From: an uncultured delta proteobacterium
GTDB lineage: Bacteria; Myxococcota_A; Polyangia; Palsa-1104
Length of the DNA stretch: 64,000 nt
Direction of reading: 5' to 3'
Assembly (NCBI GenBank): GCA_963785725.1
Contig: CAWAWS010000003.1
Location: 320,001 to 384,000, forward strand
Position numbers and translations under genes: made by a program
Part shown: in pieces, positions 9,747-20,300 of the stretch
How the letters are laid out: the number at the start of each line of letters is the position of its first letter
How positions within the stretch are numbered: the first letter of the stretch is position 1
The notes under the pieces: model-generated
What the model saw: the letters and a program-made list of their open reading frames with translations, nothing else
The model's database searches: none
What the model was told of the DNA's origin: nothing

Positions 9747-11471
9747 ATGGCCAAGAGAGTGGCGGACGTGCTCGTCGAGACGCTCGTGCAGGCGGGCGTC
9801 AAGCGCATCTACGGTGTGGCCGGCGACTCGCTCAACGGCATCACCGAGTCGATCCGCGAACGCCGCGACATCGAGTGGATTCACGTGCGCCATGAGGAGG
9901 TGGCCGCGTTCGCCGCCGGCGCCGAAGCGCACTTGACCGGCGATCTGGTCGTCTGCGCCGGCAGCTGCGGCCCCGGCAACTTGCACCTCATCAACGGGCT
10001 CTACGACTGTCAACGTAGCCGCGTTCCCGTCCTGGCGATCGCGGCGCAGATTCCCAGCCACGAGATCGGCAGCAGCTACTTTCAGGAGACCAAGCCGGAG
10101 CAGCTGTTCGCGGGCTGCAGCCATTACTGCGAGCTCGTGTCGCAGCCGGAGCAGATGCCGCGCGTGCTCGCCATCGCCATGCGCACGGCCATCGTCAAGC
10201 GCGGCGTGGCCGTCGTCGTCTTGCCCGGCGACGTCGCGCTGCGCGCCTGCGCCGATTCGGCGATCGCGCTCGGGCTCGACGCCGCGCCGGCGCGGGTCCG
10301 TCCGTCCGACGACGGGCTCGCGCGCGCCGCCGCCATCCTCAACCAGGCGCGCAAGGTGACCATCCTCGGCGGCGCCGGCTGCGCGGGCTCGCACGACGAG
10401 CTGATGGCCGTCGCCGCGCGGCTCAAAGCGCCGATCGTTCACGCGATGCGCGGCAAGGAATTCATCGAGCACGACAACCCGTATGACGTGGGCATGACGG
10501 GGCTGCTCGGCTTCTCGTCGGGCTATCACGCCATGATGAGCTGCGAGGCGCTGCTCCTCCTCGGCACCGATTTTCCCTATACGCAGTTCTATCCCAAGGA
10601 CGCGCAGATCATCCAAGTCGACCTGCGCGGCGAGCAGATCGGGCGGCGCACGCCGGTGCAGCTCGGGCTCGTGGGCAGCGTGCGCGACACGCTGCAGGCG
10701 CTGGCGCCGCTGCTGGCGGACAAAGTCGACCACAGCCATCTCGACAGCTGCGTCAAACATTATGCGCACGCGCGCCGGCAGCTCGACGACCTCGCCGTCG
10801 GCACGCCGGGCGAGACGCCGCTGCATCCGCAATACGTCGCCAAAGTGCTCGATCAGCTGGCCGCGGACGACGCCATCTTCAGCTGCGACGTCGGCACGCC
10901 GACGATATGGGCGGCGCGCTACCTGCGCATGAACGGCAAGCGGCGACTGCTCGGCTCGTTCACGCACGGCTCGATGGCCAACGCGCTGCCGCAAGCCATC
11001 GGCGCGCAGGCGACGTACCGCAATCGGCAGGTGATTACGCTGTCGGGCGACGGCGGCGTCGCCATGCTGCTCGGCGATCTGCTGACGCTGCGCCAGCATC
11101 GGCTGCCGGTCAAGCTCGTGGTCTTCAACAATGGCGCGCTCGGCTTCGTCGAGCTGGAGATGAAGGCGACCGGTTTCGTCTCGTTCGCCACCGAGCTGGT
11201 CAATCCCGACTTCGCCAAGCTCGCCGAATCCGCGTCGCTGCTCGGCCTCTCCGTCACGCGCGCCGAGGAGCTGCGGCCGGCATTGACGCGCGCGTTGGCG
11301 CACGACGGGCCGGCGCTCGTCGACGTCGCCGTCCATCGCCAAGAGCTGTCGATGCCGCCCACGATCAGCGTCGAGCAGGTGCGCGGCTTCGGGCTCTATG
11401 TGCTGCGCGCCGTGCTCAGCGGTCGCGGCGACGAGCTCGTCGACCTGGCGAAGACGAACCTCTTCCGCTGA
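9747..11471 (+). CDS. poxB: Ubiquinone-dependent pyruvate dehydrogenase (pyruvate oxidase)
   Basis: GVAGDSLNG, HVRHEEVAAFAA, GSCGPGNLHLINGL, TPP motif GDGG..MLLGD..NN, C-terminal DLAKTNLFR; SD AAGGA. Confidence 0.96.
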   Translation: MAKRVADVLVETLVQAGVKRIYGVAGDSLNGITESIRERRDIEWIHVRHEEVAAFAAGAEAHLTGDLVVCAGSCGPGNLHLINGLYDCQRSRVPVLAIAAQIPSHEIGSSYFQETKPEQLFAGCSHYCELVSQPEQMPRVLAIAMRTAIVKRGVAVVVLPGDVALRACADSAIALGLDAAPARVRPSDDGLARAAAILNQARKVTILGGAGCAGSHDELMAVAARLKAPIVHAMRGKEFIEHDNPYDVGMTGLLGFSSGYHAMMSCEALLLLGTDFPYTQFYPKDAQIIQVDLRGEQIGRRTPVQLGLVGSVRDTLQALAPLLADKVDHSHLDSCVKHYAHARRQLDDLAVGTPGETPLHPQYVAKVLDQLAADDAIFSCDVGTPTIWAARYLRMNGKRRLLGSFTHGSMANALPQAIGAQATYRNRQVITLSGDGGVAMLLGDLLTLRQHRLPVKLVVFNNGALGFVELEMKATGFVSFATELVNPDFAKLAESASLLGLSVTRAEELRPALTRALAHDGPALVDVAVHRQELSMPPTISVEQVRGFGLYVLRAVLSGRGDELVDLAKTNLFR

Positions 11472-11486
11472 GCGGCCGCGCCAGTC

Positions 11487-11693
11487 CTACTTTGCCGGCT
11501 TGGCCTTCTTGCACGGCGGCGCGGGGCCGTTGCCGTCCCAGCCGTCGTCGCAGACACAGCGCTTGACCGTGCCGCCTTCATCGTCGTTCTTCTCTACGGC
11601 TTCATGCTGATGGGCGCCGCACTTCGTCTGCCCGGCGCGTGCCGTCGGCATGCCGAGACACAAGAGGCCGAGCGCGATGATCGTCTGTCGCAT
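11487..11693 (-). CDS. Small secreted protein with EGF-like Cys pattern
   Basis: Signal peptide ..PTARA; CGAH...CVCDDGWDG...C. Confidence 0.7.
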   Translation of the reverse strand: MRQTIIALGLLCLGMPTARAGQTKCGAHQHEAVEKNDDEGGTVKRCVCDDGWDGNGPAPPCKKAKPAK

Positions 11694-11940
11694 GCGCGCA
11701 GCCTAACACGATCGCGAAACAGCAACTTTGCTCAGATTGGCCCGACAAATTTCTCGCTCTGCTCAATAGGCGACTTCATTACGGAAGCTAGCTTTCGCTA
11801 TTAAAGACGTTGACTGAATGTCGCGGCACGTTAATTAGTATTAGCGGCTTTGTACGCTGACCGTTTCGGAAGGCCAACGGAGCAAACGTACGCAAACCAC
11901 GGTACTCCGCTGTCGGGCGAGCGCCGTGCCAAGGGGCGTG

Positions 11941-13395
11941 ATGTCTCAAATCCTCCTCATCGACGATGACGTCGCCCTCGTTCCCGAACAAGTGCGCGAA
12001 ACATTTGCAGGGCCCGATTATCGCGTCGAATGCGCGGTCAGCGGCGCCGCGGGGATCGAGCTCGTTCGCCGGCAGCCGCCCGATGTCATCCTGCTCGACT
12101 TACGGCTGCCCGATCAATCGGGGCTGCAGGTTTACGAACAGATCCGGCGCATCGACGCGCGCATCCCGGTCATCTTCGTGACGATGGCCAAGAACGCCGA
12201 CTCGGCGATCGAGGCGATGAAACACGGCGCGTTCAACTACCTATATAAACCGTTGGACCTGCGGCAGCTTCGCCGCGTCGTCGGGGAAGCGCTCGAGGTC
12301 GCGCGTCGCGCGCGCTCGCCGATCGCGCTGGCGGCGCAGACGTCCGACAGCGACGTCGACGAAGCCATCTACGGCGATTGCCCGGCCATGCTGGAAGTCT
12401 ACAAGGCCATTGGCCGAGTGGCCGCGCAGAATGTAACCGTGTTGATTACCGGTGAGAGCGGTACCGGCAAAGAGCAGGTCGCGCGTTCGATCTATCAACA
12501 TAGCAAGCGCGCCAAAGCGCCGTTTCTCGCGCTCAACTGCGCCGCCATTCCCGAGAACCTGCTGGAGAGCGAGCTCTTTGGCCACGAAAAGGGCGCGTTT
12601 TCCGGCGCCGAGCGGCGGCGCATCGGCAAGTTCGAGCAGTGCCGCGGCGGCACGATCCTGCTCGACGAGATCGGCGATATGCCGCTCGTGTTGCAGGCCA
12701 AGATCCTGCGACTGATGCAGGAGCAGGCGTTCGAGCGCGTCGGCGGCAACGAGACCATTCGCACCGACGTCCGCATCATCGCCGCGACCCATCGCGACTT
12801 ACGGGCGCGCTCGTTCGAGGACAAGTTCCGGGCCGACCTCTATTTCCGCCTCGGCGTCTTCACGATTCACCTGCCGCCGCTGCGCGAGCGCGGCGACGAT
12901 CTGCCGATGCTGGCCAAGCATTTCGTGCGCATTTTCAGCCGCGCCTTGGGCCGCGAGATCCGCGAGATCGCGCCCGAGGCGATGGATCGGCTGCGCGAAT
13001 ATGCGTGGCCGGGCAACGTGCGCGAGCTGCAGAGCGTGCTCAAGCAGGCGCTGTTGAACGCCAGCGGCCATACGCTGTTGCCCGCATTCTTGCCCGAGCT
13101 CGGTAAGCCTACGGAAGAGACGGCGCTGCCCGTGCCGCGCGAGAACATCGGCCTGGAAGCGTTCATACGCCAACGGCTCTCGCCCGAAGCGACCGAGCTC
13201 TACGGCGCGACCCATAGCCACGTCGACAAGCTGCTGCTCAGCCTCGTGCTCGAGTGCACCCACGGGAACTTCCGTCAGGCGGCGCGAATCTTGGGGATTT
13301 CGCGGCAGACGCTGCGGGTCAAGCTGCGCGCGCTCGGGCTGCAGATCACGCATTCGGTCGAGCCCGAGGACGACTCCGAATCACCCAACGTCTAA
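11941..13395 (+). CDS. Sigma54-dependent response regulator (REC-AAA+-Fis HTH, NtrC family)
   Basis: REC (LLIDDD, LLD, KP); [36 protein letters not shown]; Fis [20 protein letters not shown]. Confidence 0.95.
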   Translation: MSQILLIDDDVALVPEQVRETFAGPDYRVECAVSGAAGIELVRRQPPDVILLDLRLPDQSGLQVYEQIRRIDARIPVIFVTMAKNADSAIEAMKHGAFNYLYKPLDLRQLRRVVGEALEVARRARSPIALAAQTSDSDVDEAIYGDCPAMLEVYKAIGRVAAQNVTVLITGESGTGKEQVARSIYQHSKRAKAPFLALNCAAIPENLLESELFGHEKGAFSGAERRRIGKFEQCRGGTILLDEIGDMPLVLQAKILRLMQEQAFERVGGNETIRTDVRIIAATHRDLRARSFEDKFRADLYFRLGVFTIHLPPLRERGDDLPMLAKHFVRIFSRALGREIREIAPEAMDRLREYAWPGNVRELQSVLKQALLNASGHTLLPAFLPELGKPTEETALPVPRENIGLEAFIRQRLSPEATELYGATHSHVDKLLLSLVLECTHGNFRQAARILGISRQTLRVKLRALGLQITHSVEPEDDSESPNV

Positions 13396-13561
13396 GCCGA
13401 GCGCTAAGGGGTTGGACTGCCGCTTATAGTCCAATCGCGGCGCGCAATCATTCGAACCAGTATGACCTTCAGACTTCCCTGATCGGTCTCAGACTCTATG
13501 GCGGAATTTCAGACACCCTTAAGCGGGAGCGCTTGTCGTAAGCTTCAGTCGTCCGCTCGTC

Positions 13562-13732
13562 TCACTTTGGAGACATCGGCCAGCAGCGCGCGGTGCGCGC
13601 GTGGGCATTGATCGGGGCGACCGGGCTCCGCGCGTGCGCCTTGGGCTTCACGCTGCCCACGGCGAGGACGAGCCACAGCGCGCGCGTCAGTTGGACGCAC
13701 AAGGACGGTCTGCGATGCGTGGAGGTGGCCAT
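13562..13732 (-). CDS. Small ORF (56 aa) with signal-peptide-like N-terminus
   Basis: Strong SD AAGGAGG before ATG 13732; MATSTHRRPSLCVQLTRALWLVLAVGSVKPKAHA.. Confidence 0.4.
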   Translation of the reverse strand: MATSTHRRPSLCVQLTRALWLVLAVGSVKPKAHARSPVAPINAHARTARCWPMSPK

Positions 13733-13799
13733 GATTGTCCTCCTTCGGACTAAGAAAAAGCCGAACGGCGCAATCGATGTCACGGTGTGGCCGAGTCGG

Positions 13800-14486
13800 C
13801 TAACGGCAGGTGAAAGGAATGCGGAACGCGATCGTCGTGCCCTCCTGATCGGCGTCTTCGACCCAGATGCGGCCGTGGTGCGCCTCGACGATGCGCCGAG
13901 CCACGAACAGGCCGAGCCCATGGCCGCGCCGCTCGCCTGGAATTTGCCAGCGTGGCTCGAAGACGAGGTGACGATACTCGGGCGCGATGCCCGGTCCGGC
14001 GTCGGTCACGCTAAAGCCCACTTCGTCGTTGAAGATGCCAATTCGCACCAAGACGGCCGCATCGCTCGGCGAGAATTTGACGGCATTTCCAATGACGTTA
14101 TTGAGCGCCTGCGTAAGGCGGACGTAATCGCAATAGACTCGAATGTTCTCGCTCGACGCAATGAAAGACATGATGAGGCGTCGCCCGGCGCAGGTGTCGC
14201 GGAAGGATTCGACCACCTCGCGGACCAACGAGCACAGCTCGTGCTCGGCGAAGGACATCTGAAAGCGCCCCTGGCAGATCTGGTCGGCGTCGAGCAGATC
14301 GTGGGCCAGTACGCGCAGCGCTTCGACCGCATGCCCCATCGAGGTGACGCGCTTGAGCTCCAGCCGATCGGCGAGCTGGGTCCGCAGAGCCCCCAAGTGA
14401 AGCGACAACAGTTGCAATGGCCCTCCCATCTCGTGTGCCACCACGGTCAGCGCTTCGTGCTCGATTTCGTTGCTTTGCGGCTGCAT
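13800..14486 (-). CDS. Sensor-less histidine kinase (HisKA + HATPase)
   Basis: SD AAGGAG, ATG 14486; H-box AHEMGGPL, N-box NVIGNAVKFS, G1 DAGPGI, G2 GHGLGL. Confidence 0.85.
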   Translation of the reverse strand: MQPQSNEIEHEALTVVAHEMGGPLQLLSLHLGALRTQLADRLELKRVTSMGHAVEALRVLAHDLLDADQICQGRFQMSFAEHELCSLVREVVESFRDTCAGRRLIMSFIASSENIRVYCDYVRLTQALNNVIGNAVKFSPSDAAVLVRIGIFNDEVGFSVTDAGPGIAPEYRHLVFEPRWQIPGERRGHGLGLFVARRIVEAHHGRIWVEDADQEGTTIAFRIPFTCR

Positions 14487-14580
14487 TCGAGTTTCTCCTT
14501 TTCCTGATACAAGCGATTCATCCGTCGGGCTGCTCTCCTCGTCGTCGGTCGCATTCACTGCAATGCCCGCTTCGCTCGGG

Positions 14581-14596
14581 TGCAGTCGACGTGCCG
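14581..14596 (-). promoter_or_regulatory. Putative sigma54 -24/-12 promoter upstream of the kinase
   Basis: CGGCAC-GTCGA-CTGCA on the minus strand, about 95 bp before the ATG. Confidence 0.5.
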
Positions 14597-14784
14597 CAAA
14601 AGACGAGCTCGAAATCGAATACACAGCTCGCGCCTCGCCACCGAAATCAGTCGAGAATTCGCCATTTCTTGCCGCCCTCTCGGCACTGACTTCACTCGCG
14701 GCCACGTGGGTCGACTGACATTTCGCGTGACTAAGAAATTGACCGAGTGAACGCGCATGGACCGAATGACGAACGAAATGGCCG

Positions 14785-15681
14785 TCATTCGGGAATACGC
14801 GACGTAATCCATTCCGCGATATCGCTCGTTACTCGTTCCTTACCGAGGTCATTGAGCAAGTCGTGATAATGGCCCTGGTATAGATTGAGTGTCCGATCGA
14901 TCGATCCAGTTTCCTCATAAAAGTGCCGACTGCCTTCCAGCTTCGCGACGTGGTCGTCCGTTCCGTGCAAGACGAGCAGCGGCAGGTAGATTCGTGAAAA
15001 ATTCTCCGCGAGCACACGATCGGCGCGCATCAGCTCCGCTAGCAGCTGTACGGTGCCCGGCGTATGTGCGACCAGCGGATCGCGCTGCATGCGCGCCACG
15101 AAAGCGGCGTCGCGCGAGAAGTCTTCGTCCCTCACGCTCGACAGCTGCGCGTGCGGCGCCAAGTGGCTCACGCCGCGCGGGGGCACGAGCGCCATGTCGG
15201 GCGGCGTCCGCTCGAACGACAAGCCTTCACTGATGAGGCCGGCCAGCTCGCGCTGATGGTCGAGCGCGTACAGACAGGCGACGACCCCGCCGGCGCCGTG
15301 GCCGAGCATGAAGAGCGGCACGGCCCGCTCGCGCGCCCGCGCCCGCGCCACGAACACTTCCAGGTCTCTGACATAGTCGTCGAACTGGTCGACGTGATAG
15401 CGCGCGCCCTGCGAGAGGCCGTGCCCTCGTAAGTCGTGCGCGTACACCGCCAAGCCGCGCTGGACCAGCTGCTGCGCCGGCCAGTCGTAGAGCCCGCTGT
15501 GCGACTTGAAGCCGTGCACGAGCACGACGATCCCGCGCGCCACGGTCGTCGGCCGCCACGAGCGCGCGAAGAGCTCGATGCCGTCGCTGCCCGCGAACGT
15601 CTCGTTCGTAATCTCGATCTCCGGCGCGTCCGGCGCCTGCCGGCTCTCCGCGATGCCAGCGAAAAGATCCGGGAACATCAC
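14785..15681 (-). CDS. Monoacylglycerol lipase/lysophospholipase-family protein lacking the catalytic Ser
   Basis: VHGFKSHSG, DLRGHGLS, LHGTDD, GHYHDLLND; nucleophile elbow reads GHGAGG. Confidence 0.85.
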   Translation of the reverse strand: MMFPDLFAGIAESRQAPDAPEIEITNETFAGSDGIELFARSWRPTTVARGIVVLVHGFKSHSGLYDWPAQQLVQRGLAVYAHDLRGHGLSQGARYHVDQFDDYVRDLEVFVARARARERAVPLFMLGHGAGGVVACLYALDHQRELAGLISEGLSFERTPPDMALVPPRGVSHLAPHAQLSSVRDEDFSRDAAFVARMQRDPLVAHTPGTVQLLAELMRADRVLAENFSRIYLPLLVLHGTDDHVAKLEGSRHFYEETGSIDRTLNLYQGHYHDLLNDLGKERVTSDIAEWITSRIPE

Positions 15682-16292
15682 GGCTGCTCCGTGGCGAAAG
15701 ACGGATCGAAGGCCAGATCGGCGCCCGTGGCCGTGCCCAGCCGCGCCCGCAGGTTCTTGCGCGCGCGATAGACGCGCTGGCGCACGGCGGCCATCGACGT
15801 GTGCATTGTCTCTGCAACTTTCCGCGTCGGCATGCCTTCGATGTCGCGCAGCATGAAGGCGGTGCGCTGGCAGTCGTCCAGCTGCTCGAGCGCGTCGAAC
15901 GCGATGCGCGTCAGCCGCCGCCGATCGAGCTGCTCGTCGGCGTCGTAAAATAGACGCGGCACCGACCCATCATCTTCGAGCACGAGCCGGCGCCGGCGGG
16001 CACTGCGATTGCGCATCAGCGCGGCGTTGATGGCGATGCGGCCGAGCCACGTGCGCAGCTTGGAGGCGCCGCGAAAGGACTCCAACGAGCGGTAGGCCAA
16101 GAAGAACGTCTCCTGCGAAATGTCTTCGGCATCGTCAGGATAGCGCGTGAAACGCAGCGCGATGCGATAGACCTGCGACTGGTGGCGCCGCACGATGGCG
16201 GCGAACGAGGCCTGGCACCCCGCGCGTGCGCGACTGAGCAGGACCTCATCCGTCGCATCCGGAACGCCCCGTAGCTCGGCGACAGCTCCCAT
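15678..16292 (-). CDS. ECF RNA polymerase sigma factor
   Basis: DAEDISQETF, FRGASKLRTWL.RIAIN (region 2); LRDIEGM..KVAE..RVYRARKNLR (region 4); SD GGAGGGAG. Confidence 0.9.
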   Translation of the reverse strand: MGAVAELRGVPDATDEVLLSRARAGCQASFAAIVRRHQSQVYRIALRFTRYPDDAEDISQETFFLAYRSLESFRGASKLRTWLGRIAINAALMRNRSARRRRLVLEDDGSVPRLFYDADEQLDRRRLTRIAFDALEQLDDCQRTAFMLRDIEGMPTRKVAETMHTSMAAVRQRVYRARKNLRARLGTATGADLAFDPSFATEQP

Positions 16293-16319
16293 GACACACT
16301 CCCTCCCTCGGGTGCGCGG

Positions 16320-16335
16320 TGCACCCGTGATGCCA
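16320..16335 (-). promoter_or_regulatory. Putative sigma54 promoter of the ECF-lipase operon
   Basis: TGGCAT-CACGG-GTGCA; inferred start site falls just ahead of the SD. Confidence 0.6.
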
Positions 16336-16689
16336 CGGCAGACACCCGTGGTCGCGCGCGCTTGCATCGGTCGCCCGCCGGTCGTCCGCCGCGCGGCAAC
16401 GCAATACCGTCGCCGCCGCAGGCGCGCCCAGGCGGCTACAGCAGATCGCTCATCGAGTCAGGCCTCGTCAGCTCGCCAGCGCGAGCGCCGAGGCGGTCAG
16501 ATGCGGCGGGGCGGCGCGTTCGCGGACCAGCTGTGCGGGCATCGCCCCGAGCGACGTCGCGCTCGGGTGGCCACGCGCTGTATCCACGATCGCGCCCGCG
16601 CACACACGGCCGATCGCCAACCTCGACTATGCGGCGTCATCGGCCGCAGCCTCCCCTGCCAAGCATACTCACCGACCCCCAATGACCTC

Positions 16690-17111
16690 GATAGCGAGCC
16701 CGCACAACCTCAAGGCACCGATGAGACCACGCCGCTCTGCGATTCCCGGCGAGCTATGAGCGCGATCGCCTACCACACCCCATCGACACGACCCGAGTCC
16801 CAACCACGGTGTCCGAGATAGTCAGCTGCGAGATCCGCCCCCGCGGATATGAAGCGCTGCCGATTATCCGCTAACTCAGTTAAGCCAATGTCGAGTAGCA
16901 CGCAAGCGAAGAATAGAAGCTCGAGCTCGTAATCGCGAGCCAGTCGCCGATCGCCCTGAGTGTCCGCCAACTTCGGGAAAAAAAAACTTACGCTGTCAGT
17001 CCGGAGCGCGACGCTTTCTTTGCTGCGCGCGCGCTCCACATCGCGCGCGCGCAGCAAATCGGGCAACGAGAGGAGCTCGCTGTCGTCGTCGGGAAACGAG
17101 CGGTTGTTCAT
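16690..17111 (-). pseudogene. Degraded HD-domain protein
   Basis: ELLFFACVLLDIGLTE..QRFISAGADLAADYL..RGW..RVDGVW*AIAL; HD reads LD, with an in-frame stop at 16770. Confidence 0.65.
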
Positions 17112-17507
17112 ACTCGGCCGAGCTACACGGATCGTGCCGGTGCGCGCAGCGTGCGGCTTCATTCTCGCGGCGGCAGCGTCGGGAACGCGACGCCGCTCAG
17201 TGGACGCTCGCGCCATCAGCTGCGTGAAACACCGTATATTGACGTTTGTTCTGTCGATACCGATTGACGATATGTTCCCCATGCGACGAATAAGATGAGC
17301 GCATGGACTTAGAACGCGTCGACCGGTCATGCACGAGGCTCGTCAGCGCCGCGCCGATGATCGACCTACGTCGTTTAGCGCAGTGTGCGCGTCTTCGCCG
17401 GCAACGTCGGTGCGCGCGCAACGCTCCGATAGCGACGATCTCGGCGGCGCGCGCGTCGTTCCAGTGACAGCGTAGGTTTCGTCCCAGGAGAGTGTCATCG
17501 CGTTGTT

Positions 17508-18271
17508 TCAGAGTCGTAACGAACGCGGGCGCGGATCGCTGTTGGGCTTGAGCAGATATTTCCGCAGCTTGTCCATCAGCGTCGAGCGACTCGTCACCAA
17601 CCGCCGCGCCGTGTCCGATTGATTGCGCGCCGCTGATTCGCAAGTGCGCAGGATGACGTCGCTCGAAAATTCCACCCGCTCGCTCAACGACAGGATCGAT
17701 TCGCCGCAGCGCCGCGCCAGCTCCTCGGCCAAACGCGGCAAGATCGCGAGCGCCGCTCGCGCAGCGACCGCAAGAGCAGCTCGACGACGGCGCGCCGATG
17801 ACAGAGCTCCTCGCGAATCGCCCGGCGCGCACCTCGTCGCGCCGATCGCGATTGGTGACGGCGATGATGCGCACGGCGACGCGCTCGGGCCGCGACGATC
17901 CGACGGGCTGGATCTCGCTTCCTGCAGCGTCCGCAAGAGCGCGGCCTGTCCGCGAATCATGCGCTGGCCCAGCGCTGTCTCGCTCACGAGGCGCCGGTGC
18001 GGGAGCCGCGCCGATCGAGCCGCCAGCGCGCGGATGACGACGAGCGGAACGCCGTCGATGTCGAGCGCTTTGTCAGGTCGTCGTAAGCGCCGGCTTCAAT
18101 GGCGCGCACGGCGTCGCGCAAGCCGTGCGCCGTCAGAATGACGACCGCTACGGTGGCGTCCTCCGCGTGAACCGCGCGCAAGAGGTCGACCCCGTCGCGG
18201 CGCGCAGCGCGAGCTCGGTCACCACATCGACGAGCCGGATCTTGCTCGTCCACATTTTTACAGCCAGTCAT
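17508..18271 (-). pseudogene. Heavily eroded sigma54 response regulator
   Basis: Fragments in different frames: REC (DGVDLLR..VVILTAHG..AVRAIEAGAYD.LTK), AAA (QAALLRTLQE; RIIAVTNRD..EVRAGRF), Fis HTH (NQSDTARRL..SRSTLMDKLRKY). Confidence 0.75.
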
Positions 18272-18656
18272 GTGCCCAGGCGCAGACTCCGGTCGGCACG
18301 CACGGGATCACCCGCGTGAACCTACTCGGCGCGAAATCTGAGCCGCGTCGATCGAGTTTTTGGCCACGGCGACCAATAATTGTCCCGCCGTCGTCGCCCG
18401 AGCTCATGCGCTGAACGACTTACGTCGAATCACGCAGCCGTCGGCGGAGAATCATCGAGATAGATCGCGTTCGCGTCTCGGCCCGACGTCTTCCGAATCT
18501 CAGCTCATGAACCGATCATGAATGAACGCCGCCGGCGCGATGTCGCTCAGCGAGCTCGGCGGTTCCTGCTTCGTCGGTCGCGTTATCTGGCTCGGAAGCT
18601 GCGTGCGTCTCTCAGTGGACGAGCCTCATCAGATCCGAATCGCGAGAGGAGATCCC

Positions 18657-19397
18657 ATGTCGACGTTGCAGAAGAAAGTTGCACTCATTACCGGTGGCGC
18701 ACACGGCATTGGCGCCGCAATCGCCAAGCGACTGGCGGCCGAAGGTGCGACCGTGGCTCTCACTTATGCGCAAGACAGCGACGGGGCGGCGGCGGTCGTC
18801 GCGGCGATCGAGCGCGGCGGCGGCCACGCGCTGGCCGTGCACGCCAACGCCGCCGACGCCGCCGAGGTCAAGGCCGCGGTCGAAAAGATCGTCGGCGCGC
18901 TCGGCAAGATCGACGTGCTCGTCAACAACGCAGGCACGGCCATTCCCAAGCGGTTCGAGGACACGACGCTCGCGGAGCTCGACCGGGTCATCGACATCAA
19001 CTTGCGCGGCACGTTCGTCACGACGCAGGCGGCGCTGAAGCACATGAACGACGGCGGCCGCATCATCATGATCGGCTCGTGCGTTGGCGAGCGCGTGATG
19101 ACGCCGGGATTGGTGCCCTACTCGGCCACGAAGGGCGCGATCAAGATGTTCGCCCAAGGGCTGGCGCGCGAGGTCGGCGGCCGCGGTATCACCGTCAACA
19201 ACGTCCAGCCGGGTCCCATCGACACCGAGCTCAATCCGGCGTCGGGCGATTGGGCGGTGCCACAGAAAGCCAACACGGCGCTCGACCGCTACGGGACCGT
19301 CGACGAAGTCGCGGCGTTGGTGGCCTTCGTGGCCGGCCCCGAGTCGTCTTACATCACCGGCGCCAACCTGACCATCGACGGCGGCACCAACGCGTAA
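18657..19397 (+). CDS. Short-chain dehydrogenase/reductase
   Basis: TGGAHGIG, NNAG, YSATK, PGPIDT; SD AGGAG. Confidence 0.95.
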   Translation: MSTLQKKVALITGGAHGIGAAIAKRLAAEGATVALTYAQDSDGAAAVVAAIERGGGHALAVHANAADAAEVKAAVEKIVGALGKIDVLVNNAGTAIPKRFEDTTLAELDRVIDINLRGTFVTTQAALKHMNDGGRIIMIGSCVGERVMTPGLVPYSATKGAIKMFAQGLAREVGGRGITVNNVQPGPIDTELNPASGDWAVPQKANTALDRYGTVDEVAALVAFVAGPESSYITGANLTIDGGTNA

Positions 19398-19544
19398 CGG
19401 CCGCACACGAACGCCGGCGCGATCAATCCGCGGCCACTTCCGCCTCGCCGATCGATCGAACGCGCAACTTTTCCACCTCGCCACCGATGACTGATTGGGC
19501 CGTCAGGTTGACAGCCACGTCCGTCGGTGAGAAGTGAGGTGGTG

Positions 19545-20300
19545 ATGGCACGTCTGCTCTTGATCTTGATCACGTCGCTCGGGCTCCTCGGCAACGTCGC
19601 GCATGCCGACAGCGCGGCGGCGCGGAAGCATTACGATCGCGGGACCAAGGCGTTCAACCTGCAGGATTTCCAGAGCGCGCTGCACGAGTTCCAAGCGGCC
19701 TACAACGAGCAGCCCGACGCCGCGTTCCTCTTCAATATCGCCCAGGCGCAGCGGCAGCTCGGTCAATACGACGTGGCCGCCAAGTCCTATCGCCTCTTTC
19801 TCGCCAATCAGCCGAACGCGCCCAACCGCGAGCAGGTGACGCGACTCATCGAGGAGATGGACAAGGCGGCGGCCGAAGCGCATGCCAAGACGCCACCGAC
19901 GGGAACGGAGCCGCCGTCGGGCAACGTCGTCGCGCACGAGAGCGCGCCGCCACCGCCGCCGGCCGTCGCCGTCGTCGACACGGGTAAGCCGATGCGGCTG
20001 GCCGGCATCGTCACCGCCGGCGTCGGCGTCGCCGGGTTGGCGCTCGGTATCGCGTTCGCCGCGCTGTCGAAGCAGGCCGGCGACGACGCCTATCACCCGA
20101 AGAGCGGCATCTACGATCACGACGCCGACCTACGTCAGACGACGTACCGCAACGCCGACATCGCCTGCTTCGTCGTCGGTGGCGCGGCGGTCGTCGTGGG
20201 CACGACGATGTGGCTGCTCGGTCACAAGCGCGGCGCCGCCTCGGCGCGCGCGGCGTTGTCGCCCGCGTCGTCGGCCGGCGGATTCGCGGTGAGCTTCTAA
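19545..20300 (+). CDS. Secreted TPR protein with Pro-rich linker and C-terminal hydrophobic segments
   Basis: Signal peptide ..VAHA; ARKHYDRG..A..EFQAAY....P..LFNIAQA; ends GGFAVSF. Confidence 0.85.
   Translation: MARLLLILITSLGLLGNVAHADSAAARKHYDRGTKAFNLQDFQSALHEFQAAYNEQPDAAFLFNIAQAQRQLGQYDVAAKSYRLFLANQPNAPNREQVTRLIEEMDKAAAEAHAKTPPTGTEPPSGNVVAHESAPPPPPAVAVVDTGKPMRLAGIVTAGVGVAGLALGIAFAALSKQAGDDAYHPKSGIYDHDADLRQTTYRNADIACFVVGGAAVVVGTTMWLLGHKRGAASARAALSPASSAGGFAVSF

Noticed and set aside
11878..11930. c-di-GMP-I riboswitch-like GCAAAC..ACGCAAA
   Set aside because: The P2 stem with GNRA loop is missing; only 2 nt separate the motifs
11917..11931. Minus-strand sigma54-like TGGCAC-GGCGC-TCGC
   Set aside because: About 220 bp from the next gene, which has its own leaderless-type -10; likely chance in GC-rich DNA
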